Of a stretch of 64,000 bases of DNA, positions 53,416 to 61,227 are shown piece by piece. The first letter of the stretch is position 1. Every line of letters starts with the position of its first letter. The DNA is taken from positions 1-64,000 of IMG/VR virus record IMGVR_UViG_3300033485_000003; one strand, written 5' to 3'. A program made the translations under genes and the position numbers. The DNA is from a virus. The notes under the pieces are model-generated. The model was not told where the DNA came from and did no database searches. It worked only from the letters and a program-made list of their open reading frames with translations.

Positions 53416-55161
53416 TTAAGCTCGATCGTTTGCTGGGTTGTCGTCGACGGTGCGCATGTAATTCGCGCTGTCGCGAGCTTCAGCGTGATCTACTTCAGCG
53501 TCACGGACGAAGGCACAAACACCGCCGCAAGTTCCAAGGAGCGAGGCGATGGAAATGGAGTTGCGAACGGCCTCTAATACTGCAGGAACCGAGTCCAAAA
53601 GCCCCTCCTTAAAAGCGTCTACTAGTTTACCTTCGAGAATGTCGTAAACGATCGACCCAGAATTCTTCATCACCGAAGTAGGCTCTACAATCTCGTCGAC
53701 GTGGTAGCCGGCATTGATGTAGAGGCGGTCAATCGGCTCTTGCAGTGCCGGCACCAGAACCTCGCGCAACATCTCGTCGTGGGTCAAAAGTGACTGCAAC
53801 CGCAGCAACATCCATCCTCCGGCCGGCAGTGCGCCGTGCTCGATAGCCCCGCGAACTGCGCAAACGGCGTCGTCGACTCGGTCTCGCTTCTCTCGGAGTT
53901 CGCCACCACTCGCTCCAACCACTGTAAGGCGAGCAACACCGCCGCTCACTTTCCCCAGGCGCTCAGCGACGATGTGCTGGTCCAACTTGCTCAAACCGCC
54001 GATTTCAAGCTGCTTCGAGAGCTGATCGACGCGCTCAAGGACCAAGAGTTCGTCGGCAAAACCGATGACGGTGGTGCGGAACCGACCAGCTTCAAACGAC
54101 GGGGTGTGTCCGAGGTCCTCTACTCGGGCGTTCGCCAATGGCTGATTGATTGGGTCAAAAATGACACCACCAGTCATAGCCGCAAGGTCGGCCAAGAAAT
54201 CGTACTGGCCGGACTGCATTTGGTTGAGTGGAGCAACAAGCGGGTAGATGTTGAGGGAGCCAGCTTCACGGAAATTGAGGGCGAAGTTGCTGAGGGTGCT
54301 CTCCGAAAACCCACAGGCGACGAAGACCACGTTCTGAGAAATTTTCCCAGCTTGCGCGGCGGAGATGATCTCATCAAACAACTTGAGCGCGTCGTAGATG
54401 TCGTTGAGCTTGCCATGGTACAGCACGTACGAAGGCTTATCGAACGCGCACAGCTGACGAGGAACGTCGTTGATGAACTGCTGATAGAACTTCCCGCACG
54501 AATCCTCATAGCCGGTGGAAATCTGGTACCCGTCGATCTTGTCGACTTTGTAGCCGGCTGGACCGGACTCCTCGACAACCGTGATGTTACCTTTGTCGCC
54601 AGTGAGCTCGAAGCACTGAATCACCGCATCAGCCAGGGCCTTATCTCCATTGGCGGAAACCTTAGCGACAGCGTGGAGGAGTTTGCGTCCTTGCTTTGTG
54701 GCCAGCGACACCTTCCTTGCAAACTTTCGAATGGCCGGCTCGATGATGTTTTTGAACGCCGCCTCAAGCGCTCGAACGATGCGCTGTGGAGACACCTTAG
54801 GGTTACGCTCACAGTATTCCTGAGTGTATCGGACAATCGCTTCTGCCAGCACAATCGAGGTGGTAGTACCGTCTCCGGCAGACGCCGCGGTTCGAACGCT
54901 GCAATCTCGAGCCGATTCCATGATAACTTGCTTGATGGAATCCTGGAACCCCATATTGTTAAAAACGGTCACGCCGTCCTTGGTCAAAAACGGCGGCAAC
55001 AACTCTTCTTGCCGCTCAATCACAACACTAAGTCCACCTGGACCGAGAGTGCTACCAACGAGATCAGAGCACGTCTTCATTGTCTCGCGGAGAACGCGCT
55101 GGAGTTCAGGGCCGCGGGTCAACATCTTCTTGGGGGCGCTCTTGGCTTTTTGGTGTTGCAT
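53416..55161 (-). CDS. groEL: Phage chaperonin GroEL/Cpn60
   Basis: STLGPGG, TKDGVTV, AGDGTTT, SANGD, ERLGKVSGGVA and EKRDRVDDA. Confidence 0.93.
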   Translation of the reverse strand: MQHQKAKSAPKKMLTRGPELQRVLRETMKTCSDLVGSTLGPGGLSVVIERQEELLPPFLTKDGVTVFNNMGFQDSIKQVIMESARDCSVRTAASAGDGTTTSIVLAEAIVRYTQEYCERNPKVSPQRIVRALEAAFKNIIEPAIRKFARKVSLATKQGRKLLHAVAKVSANGDKALADAVIQCFELTGDKGNITVVEESGPAGYKVDKIDGYQISTGYEDSCGKFYQQFINDVPRQLCAFDKPSYVLYHGKLNDIYDALKLFDEIISAAQAGKISQNVVFVACGFSESTLSNFALNFREAGSLNIYPLVAPLNQMQSGQYDFLADLAAMTGGVIFDPINQPLANARVEDLGHTPSFEAGRFRTTVIGFADELLVLERVDQLSKQLEIGGLSKLDQHIVAERLGKVSGGVARLTVVGASGGELREKRDRVDDAVCAVRGAIEHGALPAGGWMLLRLQSLLTHDEMLREVLVPALQEPIDRLYINAGYHVDEIVEPTSVMKNSGSIVYDILEGKLVDAFKEGLLDSVPAVLEAVRNSISIASLLGTCGGVCAFVRDAEVDHAEARDSANYMRTVDDNPANDRA

Positions 55162-55186
55162 TAGGACTCCTGCGAAGGTTTCCTCC

Positions 55187-55196
55187 AGTATACCAC
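55187..55196 (-). promoter_or_regulatory. Extended -10 promoter
   Basis: GTGGTATACT upstream of groEL. Confidence 0.6.
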
Positions 55197-55271
55197 AACG
55201 CCACTACAATAACTCCAACGCCTCGAAAGTCACCCACATCGGGGTGGACTTGCGGCGCCCTTATGGCGAGG

Positions 55272-55949
55272 TCATTTCTTACCAGCCGTGGTTTTCTCGA
55301 GGATTTTAAGTAATGCCGCATCGACATCGTCCGGTGACATCGACTTGATTTCCTTGGATTGCCCATCAACCACCTCGCCTTTGTCTTCTGTACGATGCGT
55401 ATGGAGAATCTCACCCGATACGTTCTTGTCTTTATCCTGTCCCGTGAGACGAAGCAATAGCTCAAGGGTCTGCTGGTACGCCTTCAAGGTCATTTGTCCC
55501 TTCAAGTCGCCCAAGTCCTCTTCCTTGCCGGTCTGCAAAAACCGACGCAACTTATCGCCATTCAGCTTGTTGAACGCGGCAGCCCACAGACTCACGAACT
55601 GAACCGACTCGAGCTGGCTAGCCTGCACGGTCTCGTGGATCCGCTCCACCAAGCCTTCGGTGTAGTCCTTGCGCTTGAGGTCCCAATCGCCATCCATCTT
55701 AGCTCGAACAATCTCCCCCAACTTAAAGGAGGAGTTCATAGCCTGAATATCCTTGGCGCTACATCCACGCAAGTACAAGTTGTAGAATTGCTGAGATGTC
55801 GCAGGGGAGATAGGCGGCTTGCCGGATGACATGTAGTCGAGGTAGGCCTCCTTCTCTTCAGGCTCCAAAGCCTCGAAGCGCCCTTCTGCGGTGTCGAGGT
55901 TGGCCATCTGCTTACGGGCTCTACGCTCCAAACGAGATTCACGCGCCAT
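55272..55949 (-). CDS. HTH + coiled-coil protein, possible terminase small subunit
   Basis: Start MARESRL with GGAGG SD; LYLRG.S.KDI HTH, W...R and C-terminal MSPDDVDAAL pattern. Confidence 0.4.
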   Translation of the reverse strand: MARESRLERRARKQMANLDTAEGRFEALEPEEKEAYLDYMSSGKPPISPATSQQFYNLYLRGCSAKDIQAMNSSFKLGEIVRAKMDGDWDLKRKDYTEGLVERIHETVQASQLESVQFVSLWAAAFNKLNGDKLRRFLQTGKEEDLGDLKGQMTLKAYQQTLELLLRLTGQDKDKNVSGEILHTHRTEDKGEVVDGQSKEIKSMSPDDVDAALLKILEKTTAGKK

Positions 55950-56166
55950 TTTTGGCCTCCTGTACTTCGACGTCGTTGTATGGGGCATGACAACAATTGC
56001 CTTCTGCGATGCACTCAAGAGCTTCCCACTCACAAAGCTCGGCGCCATACTCTCCAGAATCATCGTGTTTAGCCCACGCCGCCGCCCTGGCGGCGACCTT
56101 ATCATCGGCCTCGACCTTAAAAATCAAGCGACCTGCGATGGGGATGGTTACGTAGTAAGTTTTCAT
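55939..56166 (-). CDS. Small hypothetical protein (tandem paralogue)
   Basis: MKTYYVTIPIAGRLIFKVEADD. Confidence 0.7.
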   Translation of the reverse strand: MKTYYVTIPIAGRLIFKVEADDKVAARAAAWAKHDDSGEYGAELCEWEALECIAEGNCCHAPYNDVEVQEAKNGA

Positions 56167-56387
56167 AAGGTCCTCTTGATTGTAGCCTCTACGCCCTTGT
56201 ACTTAAGACGCGACACGGTGATCTCATTGAGTGTTTCGTACGCATCCCACTCCACATCAACAGCGTCCAAACTTGCGGATGCCGCATATGTCGCCGCCGC
56301 CACACGCTTGGCACCACTCTCGCTAGACGATTTCACCTCAAAGAGAATCCTGCCTGCAATTGGAATCGATACATAGTAGGTCTTCAT
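56163..56387 (-). CDS. Small hypothetical protein (tandem paralogue)
   Basis: MKTYYVSIPIAGRILFEVKSSS; ATGA overlaps. Confidence 0.7.
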   Translation of the reverse strand: MKTYYVSIPIAGRILFEVKSSSESGAKRVAAATYAASASLDAVDVEWDAYETLNEITVSRLKYKGVEATIKRTL

Positions 56388-56770
56388 GGCATCCTTTTGA
56401 CGGTTACTTTCGTGTTCGGGTTGTATCCGCACAATGGGTCGATATCATCTTTTGGGAGCTCTTGCAAGCGTGTCCCACGATAGATCACCGTACGTGCTCG
56501 CTTAACCACCACCAACCACGACCCGCCAAACAGACTCTGTACCGCCTGGTCCAACTTGAATAGGAGTTGGGGTTTTTCGATATTCTTCTTGGGGGGCAAG
56601 GTCAAGACGAAAGTGACGGTGAATTCGTCTTGGTCGATCACCACTTTATGTTTGAGTGACTCTGGGAAAAATAGCTTAGGCCATACATTGACAGTCTTGA
56701 GCTGCCAGTCTGCGATGTGTAAGCCGGTGTTGGATAGCAGCCGCTGATGTGACACAAGTTCGTCACTCAT
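56384..56770 (-). CDS. Hypothetical protein
   Basis: 128 aa, ATGA-coupled to sbcD. Confidence 0.6.
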   Translation of the reverse strand: MSDELVSHQRLLSNTGLHIADWQLKTVNVWPKLFFPESLKHKVVIDQDEFTVTFVLTLPPKKNIEKPQLLFKLDQAVQSLFGGSWLVVVKRARTVIYRGTRLQELPKDDIDPLCGYNPNTKVTVKRMP

Positions 56771-57762
56771 AGCAACCCCGGAAGTCTCTCTTGTACCATT
56801 TTCCCCAAAACCTCATTCGATGTCCCGTACTTGGTTTGGTAACCGCCGACGAACATTTTGATAGCCGCACCGATCCCCATGGACTCTCGCACCGCCGACT
56901 TCGCCGCATTTACCGGAAAAGTCCTAACGCGACACCCGCTCCACCTCGCCCGGCGCTCTTGAATGAACTTCGCATCGCCATGGATGTCGATGATGTAACG
57001 CCAATTCGGATTGATGTCAAGTTGCAACGGACTCTCAATTCGGTCTTCGAATCGGAGGATCTTGTGGCAAAACTGTTCGGTTTTTACGGATTTGATTACT
57101 TTGGCGCCCTTAACTCCGAATTCAATTACATTTACCGACCGGTCGATGTTGGCATCTGAGGCCGTGCGCCACCTAGGGGCTCCTGGGTAAAATACGTCAC
57201 AGCCGAATACGGCCAAGCCCTCAGAAACCCGGTCGAATCGGTATGGAGTGTGCATGTGGCCGATGACGAAGCTTTTGTCTTGCACGTCTTCTAGGGATGC
57301 CGCATCGGGAGCGTAAAACCCGTTGTCGTATTTTGAGCCCTGCACTGCTTGGTGGGCTACAACGCACTTCGCATCGGACTCACGTACGGAGCGCAAGAAA
57401 TCTTCGTTGCTGTGAGTGTATGGCATAAACAAAACACCGTCCATCTCCGTCGGCTTATCTACCACAGTAATGGCGTCAACGTGAGCCAACATAGAGTGGT
57501 TGGGGCTTGAACCGGCTGCCGCAAGGTCGTGGTTTCCCACCAAGGCGATTACCGGTGTTGTACAAAGTGCAGCAAACGCCTGACGCCACCACGCCATCAC
57601 TTCACAATTCACGAGCTTGTGGTTGTGGTACTGATCGCCCATAAAGATGACGTTGTCGACCTCTTCGTCGACGACGATCGGCAAAATGCCGTCGATGAGG
57701 GCTTGGCAGTCATCAAGCTCGCCTTCAACGGCGTGGACGTCACCTACAACTAGAGATCGCAC
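56767..57762 (-). CDS. SbcD/Mre11/gp47-like nuclease
   Basis: GDVH, GD, GNHD, AHQ and GHMH phosphoesterase motifs. Confidence 0.85.
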   Translation of the reverse strand: MRSLVVGDVHAVEGELDDCQALIDGILPIVVDEEVDNVIFMGDQYHNHKLVNCEVMAWWRQAFAALCTTPVIALVGNHDLAAAGSSPNHSMLAHVDAITVVDKPTEMDGVLFMPYTHSNEDFLRSVRESDAKCVVAHQAVQGSKYDNGFYAPDAASLEDVQDKSFVIGHMHTPYRFDRVSEGLAVFGCDVFYPGAPRWRTASDANIDRSVNVIEFGVKGAKVIKSVKTEQFCHKILRFEDRIESPLQLDINPNWRYIIDIHGDAKFIQERRARWSGCRVRTFPVNAAKSAVRESMGIGAAIKMFVGGYQTKYGTSNEVLGKMVQERLPGLL

Positions 57763-57959
57763 GGTTCCCCCTTATATAAAGACATTTCAGCGTAACGGAT
57801 CTTCAACATACCGAGAGCTACAAGAGCCTGCTCTTCATCGTGTTCAGCCTTTAACGCCCGGAACACCCAACCCTCCATGGCCGTTGTGATTTTTTGCTTG
57901 AACTCGTCAAAGCGCTTTTTCTCCGCGAGAAGAGCTTCCAAGTAATTGATTTCGCTCAT
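57750..57959 (-). CDS. Hypothetical protein
   Basis: 69 aa, coupled ORF. Confidence 0.55.
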   Translation of the reverse strand: MSEINYLEALLAEKKRFDEFKQKITTAMEGWVFRALKAEHDEEQALVALGMLKIRYAEMSLYKGEPCDL

Positions 57960-58216
57960 CGCGCCTGCCCAAAGTAATTGGACACCACCTGAGTCGTGAC
58001 TTTGTCCACCTCCACAACACTCGACTTAATCAAAGCGAGTAATTCCGTGGCCTTCCGACACCAATCAGCTGGACTAGGAACGGCCGGCAAGGCCGACTGG
58101 ACCAAACTATCGAACTTTTGGGCGGAGATATCACGGCGCAACGCGACGGCTTGACGGCGTGTCGCGCAATACAACTGCCGGGCGTAAGAGAGGGAGTCGT
58201 AGTTGGAGGCGTTCAT
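57956..58216 (-). CDS. Hypothetical protein
   Basis: 86 aa, coupled ORF. Confidence 0.55.
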   Translation of the reverse strand: MNASNYDSLSYARQLYCATRRQAVALRRDISAQKFDSLVQSALPAVPSPADWCRKATELLALIKSSVVEVDKVTTQVVSNYFGQAR

Positions 58217-58422
58217 CGCTTCACCTTCAAGTCGATGTCGTCGGCAAACATAGCATTACTGATAGCCTTGAGCCGCTTCTCGGATGACTCTTTAAAATGC
58301 GCTTGCTCCAACCACTTAAGGCGCTCAATCAACTGTGCGGAGTGGGCCTTAACTTCCGTAAGCTCCTGTTCGAGGTAGTCTACCCTGTCTTCAAGGTGGT
58401 TGATTCTCGCGGTTCCCATCAC
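58213..58422 (-). CDS. Small coiled-coil protein
   Basis: 69 aa, heptad pattern. Confidence 0.55.
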   Translation of the reverse strand: MMGTARINHLEDRVDYLEQELTEVKAHSAQLIERLKWLEQAHFKESSEKRLKAISNAMFADDIDLKVKR

Positions 58423-58883
58423 TTCATCTCCGCCGTTGTCGTGTAACTCCCCGATACGCTGGTAATACCGTCACTATCGACAAGAATCGCGGTGGGAATC
58501 AAAGTCATGCCGCTCCCGGACGTTCGGAGGACCTGATGGGTGCTGCCAGGCGTGCACGTCACATACGGCTCCTCCACGAGCTGGATCATCGTCTTTGGCA
58601 CCAAAATAAAAGTCTTGTCGCCAACCGTGAAGACGTCCTTAGCCCATTGCTGGGTATACAAATCCCCACGCACCCACACCTTAACCCCTGGAATGAATTG
58701 CTTACAGCCATCTCCGGATGCTAGGAAAACCACCTCGAGCTGCTGTAGTTCAAGGGTGTTGGAAATCAGCACCATGCCGCCGACGCGCTTCTTCTCGACG
58801 TGTCGAGTTGGGAACGGCGTGCAAGCCACAAGGCCATTGACGGTGGAAACCGATGACGTTTCATTGGTAGAGCTGGTGGTCAT
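58419..58883 (-). CDS. Divergent GroES/Cpn10-like co-chaperonin
   Basis: EKKRVGGMVL mobile loop, EVVFLASG, PGVKVWV and VGDKTFILVPKTMIQLVE follow the GroES pattern. Confidence 0.65.
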   Translation of the reverse strand: MTTSSTNETSSVSTVNGLVACTPFPTRHVEKKRVGGMVLISNTLELQQLEVVFLASGDGCKQFIPGVKVWVRGDLYTQQWAKDVFTVGDKTFILVPKTMIQLVEEPYVTCTPGSTHQVLRTSGSGMTLIPTAILVDSDGITSVSGSYTTTAEMK

Positions 58884-58899
58884 TTTATCTCCTTCGAAT

Positions 58900-59253
58900 T
58901 TACATCAAGTTTTTATCGACTTTGGACAGAGCGTCTTTGGCATCGTCCAAGGCGTACTCAAGTCGCGCTAGATAGCACTCACATCCAGCCGACATCCCTG
59001 CTAGTTCACTTGCAACATCCTCGGACGGCTCGATCATCCCGTCGAGCGCCTTCGCCAATTCGACGACGAGAGCGAGTGCGGAGTCCCGCTCTTGAATTGT
59101 TTTGCGCATCGAGTTCCACAGCGTGTGACTGCGGATCTCGTCCGGCACCATCACATCTTCCCCCGCAGCAAAATCGACGTACCGAAGTCCCTCTGTCGCT
59201 CCGACCACATCCGCTAGCTGCTTGAGAGCCTGCTCGGTTTTACAGTTGTTCAC
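58900..59253 (-). CDS. Hypothetical protein
   Basis: 117 aa, coupled to the sigma gene. Confidence 0.55.
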   Translation of the reverse strand: MNNCKTEQALKQLADVVGATEGLRYVDFAAGEDVMVPDEIRSHTLWNSMRKTIQERDSALALVVELAKALDGMIEPSEDVASELAGMSAGCECYLARLEYALDDAKDALSKVDKNLM

Positions 59254-60311
59254 AATGAGATCCCTTTCAGACGAAGTAGCTTCTGCTCTACCACGGAAAG
59301 ATCCTTAAGTCCAGCTTGGAGACTTACTAGAGCTTGAGTCCTCTCGACGATGACGTCCGGCCGATGTTCTTCATCATCCTCATAGCACTCGAGAGTGGTA
59401 TCTCCGGTCTCTTGGTCGACAGCACAGTCTCCGGAAACATGGCTGGCTGCCGCAAGAAGACCTTGGATTTCCGGGACTGTTACATGGTTCTTTTCGGGGA
59501 TGTTTTCGTTGACCGCGGCGACGATCAAGTCCATGTCGGTGTTCTTGTCGAGGAACCGGGAGGCTTTGTGAGCGCGATACACACGTCGTGCGTCAACAGG
59601 CCAGAGATGCAACAGTGTGGAATTGTAGGCCTCTATCCTATCTCCACACATACGCCCGAGGATTACATCTCGGAATACCTTGAAGGTTTTAAGTTCTTCC
59701 TCGTCCGTCATGTTTTCTGTGAGGAGCGGGTCAAATTTGTCGATCCCCTCCTGCAATCCGATAGCGTGCGTCTGAATCAAATCCAAAAACGACATGTGGG
59801 AGCGTGGAGTTTGGTTCCAGAACGTCCGGCAATAACTGATGGCTAACGGCAGGTTCATTTCCATGATTTCCGTGCGAATTCGCTCGATTTCACGGATCGA
59901 CGCACGGATCTCTGGGTTCAAAGTGTCGCCAGCGGTATCTTTGCACCATCTAAAGTAGCGGTAATTGAACTTGAACTTGTGCAGCGCTGCACCATCGCGC
60001 GCCTTGAGTGCCGGTGAGATCTCGGCAGTGAACTTCGTTTGACGTTCACGGAAATACGGCCTGCTCGAAAGGAGGTTCCGCTTGGTATCGCAAATGTACT
60101 GGATGAACGAGACGTACACCGACGCCCCATACACCTCAAACAGTTGGCCTTGCGCTTTACGCTCAGCCGCGATAAGAGCCTTGAGCTGTCGACGTTGAGT
60201 GTGCAACCGATCAACGTCAGTCATTTTGCCGTATCGACCGATAGCGGCTGTAAGGGATTTTGCGAAGTTCTTAAAGAAGACATCGCTGTTGTCATATCCG
60301 CCGATACTCAT
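59250..60311 (-). CDS. Sigma70-family factor lacking the region 4.2 HTH (putative late sigma)
   Basis: EIMEMNLPLAIS, FLDLIQ..IGL..IDKFD, a region 3 and acidic 3.2 finger; ends LSVVEQKLLRLKGISL, equivalent to RpoD LTAREAKVLRMRFGI. Confidence 0.8.
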   Translation of the reverse strand: MSIGGYDNSDVFFKNFAKSLTAAIGRYGKMTDVDRLHTQRRQLKALIAAERKAQGQLFEVYGASVYVSFIQYICDTKRNLLSSRPYFRERQTKFTAEISPALKARDGAALHKFKFNYRYFRWCKDTAGDTLNPEIRASIREIERIRTEIMEMNLPLAISYCRTFWNQTPRSHMSFLDLIQTHAIGLQEGIDKFDPLLTENMTDEEELKTFKVFRDVILGRMCGDRIEAYNSTLLHLWPVDARRVYRAHKASRFLDKNTDMDLIVAAVNENIPEKNHVTVPEIQGLLAAASHVSGDCAVDQETGDTTLECYEDDEEHRPDVIVERTQALVSLQAGLKDLSVVEQKLLRLKGISL

Positions 60312-60348
60312 GGGGTTCTCGATTCTCTGTTTGCTACGTTATATCCCC

Positions 60349-60358
60349 ATTATACACC
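60349..60358 (-). promoter_or_regulatory. -10 element upstream of the sigma gene, flanked by inverted repeats
   Basis: GGTGTATAAT; gattctc (60321) and gagaatc (60363) inverted repeat. Confidence 0.5.
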
Positions 60359-60423
60359 AGTCGAGAATCTTCTTGACGGTACCTCTCTTTGTTGGCTTCG
60401 TCAAGTCCAAAATACCTTCACTT

Positions 60424-60849
60424 CTACATCCTTGAAGGCGTTTTGTCCATTACCGCCTTGAATTCCTGCAAAGTCATACCTTGATACTCGCCAACGAGAA
60501 GGTACAGTCTTGTAGCCGGCGAGGTGTTTGGATTTGACCGAACGTAATCTCTGACCTTCTTCACTTTGTCTACAGCCAATACATCTAGTATGAATTCTGG
60601 TGCGTGAATGTTGACCGCCACGGAAGCACGAACATGGAAGTTTTTGCAGGAAGCTAACGTCGTCATAACCCAGATGTCGGTTGTCATCTCTCCTTGTACA
60701 ACCTTATCTAAATAGTCTTTAGCTATAGCAACCTCGATGCTATTCGGTGGAGTGTTAGGACGACCGAACATCACATCGTCACGAAGCACCTTCGGTAATT
60801 CATCTGCGGTTACATCGACAGCTAGGGGATTGTCCGGACATTCTCTCAT
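60424..60849 (-). CDS. LRV/HEAT-like repeat protein with shared C-terminal tag
   Basis: VRASVAVNIHAPEFILDVLAVD..VR..V.SNPNT; ends RLYLLVGEYQGMTLQEF. Confidence 0.7.
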   Translation of the reverse strand: MRECPDNPLAVDVTADELPKVLRDDVMFGRPNTPPNSIEVAIAKDYLDKVVQGEMTTDIWVMTTLASCKNFHVRASVAVNIHAPEFILDVLAVDKVKKVRDYVRSNPNTSPATRLYLLVGEYQGMTLQEFKAVMDKTPSRM

Positions 60850-61223
60850 TTGAGAGTCTCCTTGAACTCATTCAACGTCATGTTTTGGTACCCACCCATA
60901 CGCATATACAACCTGGTACCCAACGCTGTGTTGGGGTTGCTCAACACGAGCTCTCGGATGTACTTGAGTGGGTCGGCGGACAGAATATCCAAGGCTTCTT
61001 CAGGCGCGTATACGTTCGCCGCTACGGCTTCACGGATGTAGAAGTAAGGGTGTTGGGCCCATCGCACCAACTTTTTCGGATCGGTGGATTTTTCCACAGC
61101 TTCAATGGCGGAGATTTGGTCTTCTTCAAAATCCATTACCAGTGTGACTGGCACTAGCTGGTGACGGTGGAAGTAGTCGTCTCGAACAGTTTTAGGTAAA
61201 TCGTCGAATATGTAGGATCTCAT
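60846..61223 (-). CDS. LRV/HEAT-like repeat protein with shared C-terminal tag
   Basis: IREAVAANVYAPEEALDILSAD..IR..V.SNPNT; ends RLYMRMGGYQNMTLNEF. Confidence 0.7.
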   Translation of the reverse strand: MRSYIFDDLPKTVRDDYFHRHQLVPVTLVMDFEEDQISAIEAVEKSTDPKKLVRWAQHPYFYIREAVAANVYAPEEALDILSADPLKYIRELVLSNPNTALGTRLYMRMGGYQNMTLNEFKETLK

Positions 61224-61227
61224 AGTT

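Noticed and set aside
53836-55164. 442-aa + strand ORF
   Set aside because: Antisense shadow of groEL arising from codon bias; no motifs.
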